The notes beneath the pieces are model-generated. The model saw only the letters and a program-made list of their open reading frames with translations. It did not search any database and was not told the DNA's origin. A stretch of DNA of 64,000 nt from Mobula hypostoma (taxonomy: Eukaryota): assembly GCF_963921235.1 (NCBI RefSeq), contig NC_086097.1:210430001-210494000 (forward strand), read 5' to 3'. The translations under genes were made by a program, and so were the position numbers. Positions within the stretch are counted from its first letter, which is position 1. Each line of letters begins with the position of its first letter. Below are positions 39,325-52,788 of the stretch, piece after piece.

Positions 39325-39840
39325 AGAACATAGAACATAGAAAATCTAGAGCACATTACAGGCCATTGGCCCACAATGTTGTGCTGACCATGTAACCTAC
39401 TCTAGAAGCTGCCTAAAATTTCCCTACTGCATAGCCCTCTATGTTTCTAAGCTCCATGTACCTAAAAGTCTCTTAAAAGACCCTATTGTATTCGCCTCTA
39501 CCACCGTCGCTGGCAGTGCATTCCACACACTCACCACTCTCTGTGTGCAAAACTTACCTCTGACATTCCCCTTGTACCTACTTCCAAGCACTTCTAAACT
39601 ATCCCCCTTCATGTTAGTCATTTCAGCCCTGGGAAAAAGCCTCTGGTTATCAACACAATCAATGCCTCTCATCATCTTATACACTTCTAACAGGTCACCT
39701 CTCATCCTCCGTCGCTCCAAGGAGAAAAGCTGACAACCTATTTTCATAAGGCACACTCTCCAATCCAGCCGATATCCTTGTAAATCTCCTTTGCACTCTC
39801 TCTATAGTATCCACATCCTTCCTGTAGTGAGGTGACCAGA
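39325..39840 (-). mobile_element. CR1 3' fragment
   Basis: FWSPHYRKDV..ERVQRRFTR and FSLERRRMRGDL..QRVVSVWNALP; (TAGAACA)n tail at ~39325-39341. Confidence 0.8.
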
Positions 39841-41016
39841 AGCAGAATGGTGGTCTGCTGGAGGCTTCTACAGAAAATACTACACACCATCTAGATGAAC
39901 AATCTGGTGTTTCGGGTATACTGTACTTAGTGCAGTATGTTGAAATCTTGGCTGTTTCAAGGCTGCCGTTGGCAAAGTCCATTCATTTTAAAGATCATTC
40001 ACATTTTGGCCATTTCATGCTTCTTTAAACTAGTGGGTCGTTTAACATCCTGAATTTAGCAACGTCAGCGATCCACCCCATTTTGAATCTGCGGCGTGCG
40101 CGTTTGTCACTAATGATAAACCCGTTTGCTTGTAATTTACACCTACTCATAACGTTAATATTTGATTTCAGTAGCATTTCTCCTTAATGGAGGGAGCTAG
40201 CCTTTTCAAACTAAACCTTCATTATTTATTTAGTCTATCTGCTAATTTAACTCTTCTATAGGACTCACATTGGCCTACGTAGGTCGCACAGCACATTCCA
40301 ATCAGCCCATGAAGAACTGTGCTCTTGCCCTTGGAAAGAGCTTCACCCAATGCATAGCGTCTCGGGCGTTGAATTCCCGGATTTGTTTCTACGCCGTGGT
40401 TGGGTGGGGTAGGGTGGTAGAGGGCGGGGAAACAAAACGGCAGGATTCCCTTTACTGTTAATCTTTTTCATGGCATTGCAGAATTTAAACTATTATCGTC
40501 AAAGGTCATGAAACTACAACTTCTGCACTTTCCTTCTCTACGAATGCTGAAGACCTGCTGTTTCCCCTGGAAGCAGTTTCTGTTTTTATTTAAGAATTCC
40601 AGCATCTGCATTTTGTGTATTTTTTTCCTGCTACAATTGTCGGACTCTGGTTCGTCATCTAATTAAATTTGACCATTATATTCCACATAGTACTTTTAAA
40701 TACATCCCTCTTCAAACTAAGCCTGAAGTTGTTCAAGGCAGAGTTTATAGTCATAGAATCATACAATGTGAAAACTCGCCCTTCTACCTACCATGCCCCT
40801 GCTGGTCACTGGGTTGCTAAGGGTCTCTGCTGGAACCATTGACTGTATTCTTTTCCATTGATGCTGCCGGACCTGCTGAGTTCCCCCGGCATTTTGTGCA
40901 TATGATCTATCATCAATTTCCATTTTCCAGCAGGTCTGCTGAGTTTGATGACATGGCCTTTCAGATGCTGCTCTAAACACTTGGAAAACGTTGTGAGATT
41001 GCCTGTCTCCCAACCT

Positions 41017-41097
41017 CAGGGCCTCCCAACCATTTGTGCTGCCGTGGACGTCTACCATTACCGCAGAGTCCCTAGACCCCAGGTTGGGAAACCCCTG
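41017..41097. mobile_element. Tiny hAT-like MITE remnant
   Basis: Imperfect TIRs CAGGGCCTCCCAACC ... GGTTGGGAAACCCCTG; no clear 8-bp TSD. Confidence 0.4.
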
Positions 41098-42527
41098 CAT
41101 TTGGCGGTGCGTTCCAGTTCCCAAACACGCTCAGGCTCGCCTTTATATCTCCTACACCCTGTTTCAAACCTACACCATCTGATTATAGACAATGTTGCTG
41201 AGGAGAAATTATCTAACCACATCTTCTCTATTGGTGCTGCTGGTAACCACATCAATTTACGCATTCTCTGAGCATTCTCCTCTTCAAAGCTAACCCTGCC
41301 TAACCATTCTCTCTTACAAGCGGAAAGTTCCATCGCAGACAATATCTCGTTCAATCTCCTCTGAAGCCGTACAGTCCAAACACATCCTTTCTATAGTTTG
41401 ACATCAAGAACTACACACTGTACTCCGTCTATGCTTTCAACCTTACACCGACCACGCCCCCGCCATTACTTTGAGCCCTGCCTAATGATATCACGTTTCG
41501 GGATTCTTGGATACGGAGACCCACGTTCCTGTTTTCCGCAGTAGTTCCCAGGGTTCTATCAAACCTCATATTTCGTGATAAACAGTAGAGTAGCGTCCCA
41601 TTGGAAGTAAAACTGAATTTACATTAACATCTTGGAAAGAACTATTTGAATTCGGGATTAACGGGAGAGTGGGAGTGAAATAAGTGTGATTTGTTGATCA
41701 TTTTGTTGTACTTGGTGCACTTGGCTGATCGCCATCTATGTCCGGAAATATAAAGATTTGAACAGATAGCCCTGAGCTGTTGTTGTCGCGATATAACTTC
41801 TAAGTGAGTTCTTTGTATCGTTCCGTCGGGGCGAGAATGCCGGGGAGTGTAGGGGAGAGGTGAATAGTCTTTACCCGAAGCTGCTCTCCGCGGGTTGCTC
41901 GGTGCGGCACATCACAACCCGCGATAGTTGGTGTTCATGATATTTAAGGAACGACCGGCTCCGGTTTATTTTTCCTCCTTTTGGAATAAAGGACTGGAAG
42001 TTGTTGGTTAATGGGCAAACCTTGGTGTTGCGGGGGAGTAATTCTGAGCACAACCAGCCCCGTAGCTTTAAAATCGCATAATGCTGCATCTCTCTCTCAC
42101 ACACACACAAATCTTCCCTCGCTGTCAGTCAGTTCCCTCTCCTCCACTGTATCACCCCGAAATCTATCGCTCTATTGAACGTTTTGTTTTGCGCTCGCTT
42201 CACGCGCGTACTAAACTGGAAAACAAATGATGCAGATCAATAATTAAAATGGATGATAAAATATTTATCTTCCTAAGAACCCTTAAGCATATCGGAATGC
42301 TCGCAATTCCACGAGCTTGTCTCCATCCCGATGGAAATCAATCATACGCTTGCAGCACGTACAGTTCGGTCAGTGACCCTACTCAAAAATGCAAGTGACA
42401 TCCCGCAGCTGCCGTAAACTTTTCATTGACGTTCGGGTTTTACACGAGTTTGTCAAAACTGTTCTTTCATCTGTATATGTGTACGATCAATGTTTATGTT
42501 AAAGTGTGAGAGGTCGTTTAAACTCAC

Positions 42528-42665
42528 CAGCGAGTTGAACTCCGTGGCATGGCCGGCTAAATGGTAGGCACAGTAGGCACATTCTTGGTCACAATCTGCC
42601 CCGACCCCTACGAAGGAGGCACACAACACCGCCAGCAGGCAATGGCACTTCCACTGTAACGCCAT
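42528..42665 (-). CDS. PENK: Proenkephalin first coding exon (signal peptide and start of the Cys-rich region), 46 aa
   Basis: Acceptor ttctctttcag|CTA ATG (exon starts at 42668). Encodes MALQWKCHCLLAVLCASFVGVGADCDQECAYCAYHLAGHATEFNSL with a phase-0 donor CTG|gtgagt at 42527. It joins the 31116 exon in frame and completes the six-Cys opioid-precursor pattern. Confidence 0.93.
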
Positions 42666-43304
42666 TAGCTGAAAGAGAACAAAGCATACAGCTGAATGAT
42701 CGCTTTCTCGTTTAAACTTTTCATTTTCTGCATCGGTTAACAAGGTGCACCTTCACACCATTCTGCACTGCATGAACCGATCACAGTAATCGCGGCTTTG
42801 GGTCATCCTTCGGTAGTTCAAAGGTTTGTTCACATTATCATGATTATAGCAACAAAATACATTTTGAGGAAGGTTCAAGTTGAAATTTATTGTCATAGAC
42901 ATAAAAAACACAGGACATATTTCTACTGTTAATTGGGCATATCAGCTCTGTCAAAGAATAGCTATAGCTACTTTTAATGGAACAAGAAACCGGACGGCGA
43001 TCTGATTGCTGTAAGTAGAACTACCGTTGCCTTGAGAGATCAGTCAATGATGATTATCACCTCGGTCTGGAAGGTGAATTTACATATAAACTCACTGCAT
43101 CTCCGAGTATCATTGCATTGCTATGCTAAAGAGCGTAAGCATGAGTGAACTCACTTCGATAGTAAAAAGAAAACGGCTCGCTTGTTAAAATTGCCGAGAA
43201 TCGTAGTTCCGGTGATTTCAGAAAGTTTTACTTAAATGCGCCCGTTCATTAAGGACCATGTAGACAAGTAGCGCCCTACGTCCATTAAGCTGTTTTGCAC
43301 CTAC

Positions 43305-43358
43305 CTTTGTCGCAGGCTTTCTGAGAATGAAACCTTTCTGATGCCGGGTGAAGGTTTC
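43305..43358 (-). other. PENK: Candidate non-coding exon 1 of PENK (5' end approximate)
   Basis: Begins about 25-30 nt downstream of the TATA box and ends at donor AAG|gtaggt (43304). This mirrors the known PENK structure, which has an untranslated first exon. Confidence 0.55.
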
Positions 43359-43381
43359 CAGCTCTTGCAGACGGTGCCTGG

Positions 43382-43389
43382 TATTTATA
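43382..43389 (-). promoter_or_regulatory. PENK: Candidate PENK TATA box (TATAAATA)
   Basis: Minus-strand TATAAATA in a CpG-rich region ~700 bp upstream of the start codon, with a GC box GGGCGGG near 43507. Confidence 0.6.
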
Positions 43390-43741
43390 GAGGAATGTGC
43401 CGGTCTCCGGAAATAACCTGGAAAATAGACAAATGACCCGTAGTTATAGTAGTCAGTTTGCCTGTCTACTGATTTCTTTACCGTCTTGCCTCGCGCCTTT
43501 AAGTAAGGGCGGGTCGCAGTGGGCAATTGTCAATCGCTACCCAACCTGTCAAGCTGTTAATATTTACTGCTCCTGAAATGGAAGCGATTCAGAGTAACGA
43601 TCACAAGAGGAGAATAGTTGCCTGGAGGTCCCAGGATGCAGAACTCACAGACTTTATTCTTCTGCGGCGTGTGACAGATTGCCGCCTACGGGACAGAACA
43701 CTTTAGGATCTAATTGGCAGCTTAAAATGTGTTTGTAGATA

Positions 43742-46520
43742 AGACCATGAGACATAGGAGCAGAATTAGGCCACTCGGCCCATCGAGTCTGCTCCGTCGT
43801 TCCATCGTGGCCGGTTGATTATTGCCCTCAACCTATTCTCCTGCCTTCTCGCCATAGCCTTTTACGCCCCGACTAATCACGAACCTATCATCCTCTGTTT
43901 TAAATATGCTCAATGAGTTAGCCTCCACATCCATCCATGGCAATGAATTCCACGGATTCACCACCCTCTAGCTAAAGAAATTCCCCCTCATCTCGGTCCT
44001 AAATGGACGTCCCTCTTATCTGAGGCAGTACCCTCTGGTTCCAGACTCACCCACTATAGGAAGCAACAGCCTCCACATCCACTCTATCGAGACCTTTCAA
44101 TATTCGATGTGTTTCTTTGAGCGCCCCCCCCACCCCGATTCTTCTAAACTCCAGCGAGTACAGGCCCAGAACCATCAAACGCTACTCATACATTAACCCT
44201 TTCATTTCCGATATCATTCTCGTGAAAGTCCTCTGGACCCTCTCCAATCTTTTATTAGATAATGGACCCAAATCTGTTCACAATACTCCAGTTTCGGTCT
44301 GACCAGTGCTTTATAAAGCCTCAGCATCACATCCTTGCTGTTATATTCTAGTCCTCTCGAAACGAATGCTAACATTGCATTTGCCTTTCTTAACACTGGC
44401 ACAAGCTGCAAGTTACCCTTTGGGGAATCGTGCACGAGGACTCCCAAGTCCTTTTGCGCCTCTGATTTTTGAATTTTCTCTCCGTTTAGAAAATATATTC
44501 CATCTGCTACTTCTTTGCCTATTCCCCCAATCTGTCAATCTTTCTGCAGAATCCCTTTTTCCTCAACACAACCTTACCCCTTCACCTAACTTCATATCGT
44601 CTGCAAAACCTGTCACAAAGCTATCAATTCCGTCATCCAAATCTTTAACCTGTAATGTAAAAAAGTGATCAAAGTACCGACGCCTGTGGCAGCCAACCAG
44701 AACTGGCCCCCTTTATTCCCACTCTTGCCTCCTGCAAGTCTACCATTCTTATATATATGCAAGTAGCATCGTTTTTATATCATGGACTCTAATCTTGTTA
44801 GGTAGCCTCATATATATGTGGTGGCTTGTCAAAGGCCTTCTGAAAATCTAACTAAACAACATCCACTGACTATCATTTGTCTATCCTGGCTGTCATTTCC
44901 TCAAAGAATTCCAATAAATTTGCCAAGCAAGATTTCCCCTTAATAAACCATGCTGACTTTGGCCTACTTTTATCATGTTCCGCTGAAAACTCAGCCTTAA
45001 TAAGGAACAACAACATCTTCCCACCCACTGAAGATAGGCTAACACACCTATAATTTCTGTTCCTTTGCCTCCTATTCTTAAAGAGTGGGGTGACATTTGC
45101 AATTTTCCAGTCCTCTAAAACCATTCCAGAATCCAGTGATTTTTTGAAAGGTCAGTACCAATGTACTCTTTCAGATGCCTGAGGTGTAGTCCTTTAGACC
45201 TTCCAGTTTTCCGAGCACCTTCTCCTTAGTCATAACAATTACACTGACTTCTGCCCCCAAGACACTCACAAATATCTGGCATACTGCTAGTGACTTCTAC
45301 AGTGACACAAAAAGGTTTGTCTGCCACATCTTGTCCCCCCATTACTACCTGTCCAGCATTATTTCCAGTGGTCTAATAACCACTCTTGCCTGCCTTTTAC
45401 TCTTTGTACAGTATATCTGAAAAAAGGGTTTGGTATCCTCTTTTATATTTATTGGCTAGCTTTCTTTCATCTTTTCTTTCCTTATGGCTTCTTTAGTTGC
45501 TTTTCATTGTTTTTAAATGTTTTCCAATCCTCTAACTTCCCACTAATTAAAAATATTATATGCCCTCTCTTTTTCTTTTATGCTTTGACTTCCCTTGTCA
45601 GCCATAGTTGCCTCATCTTCCCTTGAGAATACTTCTTCATCATTGGGATTTATCGGTCCTGTGCATCCTGAATTGCCCCAGAAACAACAGCCATTGCTGT
45701 TCTTTCGTCAACATTGATAGTGTCCCCTTCCAATCAAAGTTGGCCCACTCTTCTCTCATGTCTCTGTAATCCCCTTTACTCCACTGTAATACTGGTACAT
45801 CTGACTTTATCTTCTTTCTCTTAAACAACAGAGTAAATTCTATTGTATTATGATCACTGTCCACTAAGGGTTCCTTTACCTTAAGCTCCCTAATCAAATC
45901 TGGTTCATTACACAACAGCCAATCCTAGAGGGCTCAACTACAAGCTGCTCATTTTGTAGGCATTCTACAAATTCCCTCTCTTGGGGTCCAGTATCAACCT
46001 GATTTTCCCAATCTACCTGCATATTGAAATCCCCCATGACTATCATAATATTGACCTTCATGCCTTTAATATCTCCTGCTGTTACTTCTATCCCATATCC
46101 TTGCTACTGTTCTGTGGCCTGTATATAACTCCCATCAGGGTCTTTTTGCCCTTGCAGTTTCTTAACTCTACCCACAAGTACTCTACTTCTTCTGAACCTA
46201 TATCGCCTCTTTCCAAGGATTGATTTCATTTTTTCTAAGAGACATCCCAACCCCTCTGCCTGTCTGCCTGCCCTTTCGATACAAGGCGTGTCTTTGGATG
46301 TTAAGCTCCCACTATAATCTTTTTAGAGCCACGACTCCATGATGCACACGTCATTAACGCCAGTCTCTAACTGCGGTACAAGATCACTTATTTTATTCCG
46401 TGCTTTCAAATATAACATCCTGTCTCACAGCCTCACTACACAACCCTTCGACTTGTATACCATTTGTCCCACCCGGAGCCTTATCTCTCCGGTTTCTATC
46501 CCCTTGTCAAATTAGTTTAA
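43742..46520 (-). mobile_element. Degenerate CR1 LINE just upstream of the PENK promoter
   Basis: Minus-strand fragments LYKALVRPKLEYC, DWKIANVTPLFK, SCLANLLEFFEE and SDHNTIEF; 3' UTR at ~43742-43850. Confidence 0.82.
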
Positions 46521-47931
46521 ACTAAGGGGGAGGGGTGTTTGGTGCCACAGTCTTTTTTCAAAGGTTCTATCGGGCAAGATTGTACAAAACATTCATTTTC
46601 TGATACAAATCTCGCGCATCGCTACTTTTAAGGAGTGCGGAAACCCACAAGCATGTAATCTTTCAAAACATGTTAACAATTGCGGTAAATTAAAGTCAAA
46701 TTTAGACACTGGCATTCTTCGGGCACATTTAAAAGATAGCGAAAAGCAAGTTAAAAGTGAATGCCAAATCGATTAAGCTCTTTTTTCAGTAGAGCGTAAT
46801 GCCACGTCTCGTAATACCACACGCCTCTAAACAAGACTGCACAGAGGTTGATGTGGGCTGCAATCTATTTCCGATATGTCAACCGCCCAGAGAGCAGACT
46901 ATAGAATTACAAACAATAAAAGGACGCATTCCAGATCAAACGGATTCCATTCGATTTAAATCGAGTTATCACTGTTTTCTAATTAACAATTCCTGAAGTT
47001 ACAGCCCATCCCCAAGGTCCATAAAGTGCAATTTGCCTTCCTTGATAATTTTAACTGTATTTCGAGTCGTGCGTACTTGCTGTCGTGCGCCGGTAACTAA
47101 CGAGAGTAGTAAATATGGGCAAGAAAACAGAACAATAACAAGCCTGGTCTAAGCTTAGTGGCGCAACCTGGCGTTAATGGAAGCAGTCGCGGCGAATGCT
47201 CAATTTCTCGGCGGGATCTTATTTTGTTCAAATTTTACATTTTGTCATTGAAATTCAGAGGAAGCCAAGCCATTTCGTCACTGAAGTAGCCTTTCACTAG
47301 AACTGTTTGTCTTGCCAGTAGTAACATACATGTTAAACGCGTTCATATATTTGACTGATGTATTGTGCTTCACACCAGGATTGCCACAGAGTCGCTTCTA
47401 TGCCTTGTGAAAATATAAGTAAGAAAGCTTTCCCGCTCTATAATGTTACTGTGTAGATATAGAGGGCATTTATCTATCGGCAATGAAGCTGCTTAGACAG
47501 TCGGTTATCTACCAGATCTTCAGCGCTGTTCGCTCAGTGCAGGAGTGGCGAAAGAACGGAAAGCTCTCGTATGGACGAATTCGACGCCCCTTTGGGAGGG
47601 ACCCTAGTCGGAGTATTTCCTACTTCGTTTTGCCGCCTTTCAAGTATTTCATTGTATTCTTGCTGTGCGCAAGTTTCCTGTAAGTGGGGATGCATCAAGT
47701 TCATATAAAATTCAGTGGAACACAATCTAAAAGGCGCTTTTTTTCCTCCTCCCCTTTTGTTAACTCCTCTAAATCTGGACAGCAGTCAGTTGCTTGGCCC
47801 AGCCAGATTTACCAGCCAGGTTTCAACATTATCTTCCCCCAGCAAAATAAAGAAATTGCCAGTGCATTTCAGGTAAGAATACCAGCGGCGAAAAAAAAAG
47901 CAGCTGTACATTGGTTATGTAGAAAGTTGCG

Positions 47932-49545
47932 AACACAAGAGGTTTTGCAGATGCTGGTAACACGGAGCATCACACACACGGCGCTGGAGGAACTCAGCAG
48001 GTCAGGCAGCATCTATTGCGAGGAAGAAAACAGTCACCATTTTGTGTCACGACCCTTCTTCGGGACTGAAAGCAAGGAGGAAGATACCAGAATAACAAAA
48101 TGGGAGAGGGGAATGAGTACAAAAGATCAGGTGAAAGTTGAAACCAGGTGAGGGGTAAGGAACAGTAGGTGGGTGGGTGGAGGAGGGGGGATGAAGTGAG
48201 TGGCTGGGAAATGAAGGGCTGAAGACGTAGGAATCTTGGAGAAAGAGAAGAGTGGAACTGGAAAAAAGGGAAGGAGGAGGGATAGTTGACGAGACGGGGT
48301 AAGAGAGGCGCAGAATCGGGATGGAAAAAGAGAGCAGGAGAGGAGGAGAAATGACCGGAAGTTAGTTAAATCGAAGTTCAGGCCTTTAGTTTGGATGTTC
48401 CCCAGACGGAAGGTGTTGCTACGCCAACCTGAGAATGGCCTCATTGTGACCGTCGAGGACGCCGTGGACCGACATGTTTGAATGGGAATTTGAAGTAGAA
48501 TAAAATGGCTAACCGCCAGGAAATTACGCATTTTGTTGCCAACCTAGTGAAGGTGCTTTAACAAAGCGATCTCCTAATCACTGTCTCACTGATGTAGAGA
48601 AGGCGGCAACGGGAGTAGCGGATACCAGATACGATAGATGACCCTGACAGATCACAAGTGAGGTGTCGCCTCACCTGGAAGGACTGTATGGGACCCTAAA
48701 TGTGGCGACGGAGGTGATGTCAAACGTGCAAGAATAAATTCCAGGACGAGATCAGTGCGGAGGAACGAGTGGACAACTTGATCTTTCTTCTTGGCACTTA
48801 GCAAGCGGGACAAGAGCTATACCTGCCTGTTCATCTCCTCTCATACCACCAATCATGACCCCAACCAATCCTTCCAGGTGAAGCGACACTTCACTTGCGA
48901 TATGTCAGGGTCTTATCCGCTGCTCCCGGTGCGGCTTCCTCCATATTGGGGAGACTCAACATAGATTCGTCAAGCACCTTCGCCTCCTCCGCCGCAGAAG
49001 GCTGGATTTCCCGGTGGCCACCCGTTTTAAATCTCCCCATTTCTATTCCGACATGTCAGTCCATGGCGTCCTACGATGAGGCCACTAGCAGGATGGACAA
49101 GCAGCACTTCATATTCCGTTTGATAGGATGAAGATCGATTTATCTAATTTTCGGCAATTTCTATCATGTCCCCCTTCACTTTTTTTTCAATTCCTCATTC
49201 TAGCTCCCCTCTTACCCTTTCACTTTTCCTCACCTGCCTATCACCTCACTCTGGTGCATCTCCTCCTTCTCTTTCTTCCATTCCTTCTACTTCGGTCCTT
49301 TATCTTTTCCACCTATTACCTCCCAGTGCCTTGCTTATAACTCCCTCCCCCATCGAGCTAACTTCCCCTCATCTGTATTACTTATTACCTGCCATCTTGT
49401 ACTCCCTCTCCTCCCCACCTCCCTATTCGTACTTCTTCCCCTTTCCATTATTCCAGTCCTGGTGATGAGACTGGGACTGAAATATCGACTGTTTATTCCT
49501 CTCCATAGATGCTGCCTGACCTGTGAAGTTCCCCTAGCATTTTGT
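47932..49545. mobile_element. Inverted pair of Penelope-like remnants (about 47932-48780 minus, 48781-49545 plus)
   Basis: Both arms share TCCTTCCAGGTGA(G/A)GCGACAC.TCACTTG (SFQV..HFTC, the GIY-YIG region), a DEAT..R.(E/D)..H..FRL remnant, a pyrimidine tract, a decayed hammerhead motif and the GATGCTGCCTGACCTG tail, in opposite orientations. Confidence 0.7.
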
Positions 49546-49990
49546 GGATGCAGAAAAAAGTGCTTCTTTTATAGTTTCATCAATGCAAAGAATGGTTACA
49601 AATAGGTTGGCAGCTAGGGGCATTATTTATTTACCATATGAGAAGAAATTCTGTACTCTCCTATACTTCTGGTGTTTAGAAACAAGTGCCAGTATTTGCC
49701 TGGAGCTTAGCCAATTTAGCATTAGTGATGGGAGAGAATGCTTAGCCCCTTTTTTCCTTTTGTTCTAAGCTCCAAATAACAATCAAGCACTAAAGTTACA
49801 TCACAAAATTTCAAAAATGAAAATCATGCCATTGATAAATGTTAAACTAGCCTCTGGAGACTGGCTCTCAATTCCAAATCTTCTTGTCCATTCTTTTCTA
49901 AAATAAGTAAAGTAAGTTATATGTTTAAATGAAGGATGAATTGCCTATTTTATGATTACTTACAAGTTCTTGATTATTGACATTGTTATA

Positions 49991-50531
49991 CACTTGGTAG
50001 CCTCTTCATTAGGCACACCTGCTTGATAATACAACTATCTAAACAGCCAATCATGTGGTAGCAACTCAGTGCATAAAAGTATGCACACATGGTCAAGAGT
50101 TTCAGTTGCTGTTCAAACCAAGCAACAGAATGTGGAAGAAATACGAACTAAGTGACTTTGACCGTGGAATGATTGTTGGTGGCAGAAGGGATGGTTTGAG
50201 TTGGTTTGAGTTTCTCTGAGCCTGCTGAAGTCCTGGGATTTTCATGCACAACAGTCTGTAGAGTTTACAGAGAATGATGTGAAAACAGACAAAAAAAAGA
50301 ATCCAATAAGTGACAGTTTTGTGGGCGAAATGCCTTGTTAATGGAAGAGCTCAGAGGAGAATGACCAGACTGCTTCAAGCTAATGGGAAGATGACAGTAA
50401 CTCAAATAACCATGTGTGTGTAGATTAGCATATCTCAATGCACAACATGTAGAACCTTGAAGTGCATGGACTACAGCTGCAAAGGACTATAAACGTGTAC
50501 CTCCTGTACCTAATAAAGTGGCCACTGAGTG
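49991..50531 (+). mobile_element. Non-autonomous Tc1-like element, copy 1
   Basis: TIRs related to CACTCAGTGGCCACTTTATTAGGTACA, TA on both sides, and a transposase N-terminal remnant. Confidence 0.8.
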
Positions 50532-52255
50532 TACATTGATATTTTATGACCTGTCAAATTTGATAATACACATTTAGGTTTTTGATAGTGTTGTAGAAGG
50601 ATTCAATTTTTGGGAGCTATTCATTTGAAATTCATCTGACTCATCTGAGTCATTGGTAGTGGGAGTTGCATTTGTGTCTCCGTGGCTTAAAGGGACAGAA
50701 GTTTCGAAGTTTTGAAAGTTTAATGGAAGCAAATAATCCCTTTGAGGCCACACTTTTCATTCTGATATGAGCCAGTAAAGTGATTCTTATGTTTGTGACA
50801 TGTTAAAATCTAGCATAGACATATCCCAATTGGAGATGTGAAGTTTCATTAGAACTTTGGATTTGAAAGTTTCCATTTCTATATGCCATGAATAAATAGC
50901 ATAGATTTTTAAAAAAAAGAATAAGAATGAAAAGAACTTTGAATTATCTTTCTTAAACAGTTCTCAAGGTGCAGAATTCCTTTGACTATAGTTTTAAGGA
51001 GAGTAATAAGTTCTGGGCAGAAACTATGGTCTGTCACAGATGGGACAGATGGAGCATGACAGCATAATCAATTGACAAGGCAGAACTCAGAGTAGAGTCT
51101 TTGGTGTCAGGTATGTGAATGATGTAGTGCACACACTGAAGCTAGACAAGCATGTTCAGAGCCTTGACATTTGGTTTGTCTGCAATAGCTGATGAAGATT
51201 TTATGGAGATGGCATTGATGGCACTTCTCTAGCACTTTGAGATTCCTGCTGTAAGTTGTTCACATCATTGCTGTATACAGGAGAGTGGAGAAGGTTATTA
51301 CTCAATAGGTATTAGTTTAATACAACGATTGAGGTCTTGGAATCAGCATTGGTATTTGCCCTCACCAAGAGGTATACAAATGATCGACATTGACCAGTGT
51401 TCCATGGTAAATGCTGATACACAATATGTGGTCAGATTGGTGAAGGACCTTCTATATTCTTAGTGTAAGGCCCAACATATTGCATTCTCCAAGGAAGAAT
51501 TCTACAATAGTTTGTAAATGTACACATCTTCAAATGTCGCTCGTTCACTGTATTTTCTTTGATGGTTGAAATTCTGCTGATCTTTGATCTGGAGAGAAGG
51601 TGGACAATTACAGTGGATAAAGTTTGGACAATTTCTTATTTATTCTATAGGTGGGTTGATTTTTGGTGGTGATCATAAGCATTTCAGTGAGGAAGAACAA
51701 GAAGTATTTTGTTATATTTGCACAGCCGTGCTTGATCCCAGTCTGTCTGGGACTGAGATTCTGATAGATGAAGATTATGTCTTGCATGGAGCATATTGAG
51801 GATGATCCTAAATTTTTGGAGGCAGGCAAATTTGAGGACGATCCTTCAGAATCTCTCTAGGTTAGTGAGACTGTAAACAAAGTATAATTACTTTAATAGA
51901 GTGAAACATTCCAAGGCATTTCACACAGGTGAAGTCAGCCCAACGTTGACATACTTACTATTCTAAATCAGGCACATTAGTTTGCCTTTCTGGCTAGAGG
52001 AAGCACAAACACTGATACAAGGAAACACCACTATTTTCAAATTCCTCTTCAAGTTATGAAACATGCTGATACAGAAATATATTAGTTCCTTCATTGTATT
52101 CCAGAAGGACAAGAAGGCAGTTCTCAAAACCCGCTCAGGAAAATTATGGATGAATGTTAAATAAATTTGTTTCTTATAAATTCTATTCTTATAGAAATAT
52201 CAATTTATTCCAATTCTTAATTTTTTGCAGTCTTCTTCATATCAATACTAACATA

Positions 52256-52788
52256 CACTCAGTGGTCACTTCATTAGGTACACCTGTACATCAGCTCGTT
52301 AGTGCAAATATCTAATCAGTAAATCATGTGGCAGCAACTCAATACATAAAAGCATGCAGACATGGTCCAGAGGTTCAGTTGTTGTTCAGACTAAAATCAG
52401 AATGGAGTAGAAATAAGATCTATGTGACTTTGAATGTGGAAAGATTGTTCGTGCCAGACAGGTGCTTTGAGTATCTCAGAAACTGCTGATCTCCTGGGAT
52501 TTTCATGCAAAACAGTTTCTGGAGTGTACAGAGAATGGTGTGTAAAAAAAAAATCCATGGAGCAGCAGTTCTGTTGGCAAAAATATCATGTTAATGAGGG
52601 AGGTCAGAGGAAAATGTCTAGACTGGTTCAAGCTGACAGGAAGGTGACAAATAATCATACGTTACATCAGTGGTGTGCAGAAGAGCATCTTTGAATGCAC
52701 AATACGTCAAACCTTGAGTGAATGGACTATAGCAGCAGAAGACCATGCTGAGTTCCACTCCTGTGCCTAATAAAATAGCCACTGAGTG
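52256..52788 (+). mobile_element. Non-autonomous Tc1-like element, copy 2
   Basis: Same TIRs; encodes SISETADLLGFSCKTVSGVYREW (Tc1 helix-turn-helix region); collinear with copy 1. Confidence 0.82.

Noticed and set aside
43390..43560. Mammalian-type enkephalin CRE (TGCGTCA) or an RE1 site in the PENK promoter
   Set aside because: Only a partial match (CGGGTCA on the minus strand near 43434-43440) and no RE1 consensus seen; too weak to call.
51040..51860. Possible very old retroelement fragment
   Set aside because: The sequence looks coding-derived, but I could not assign a reliable motif.
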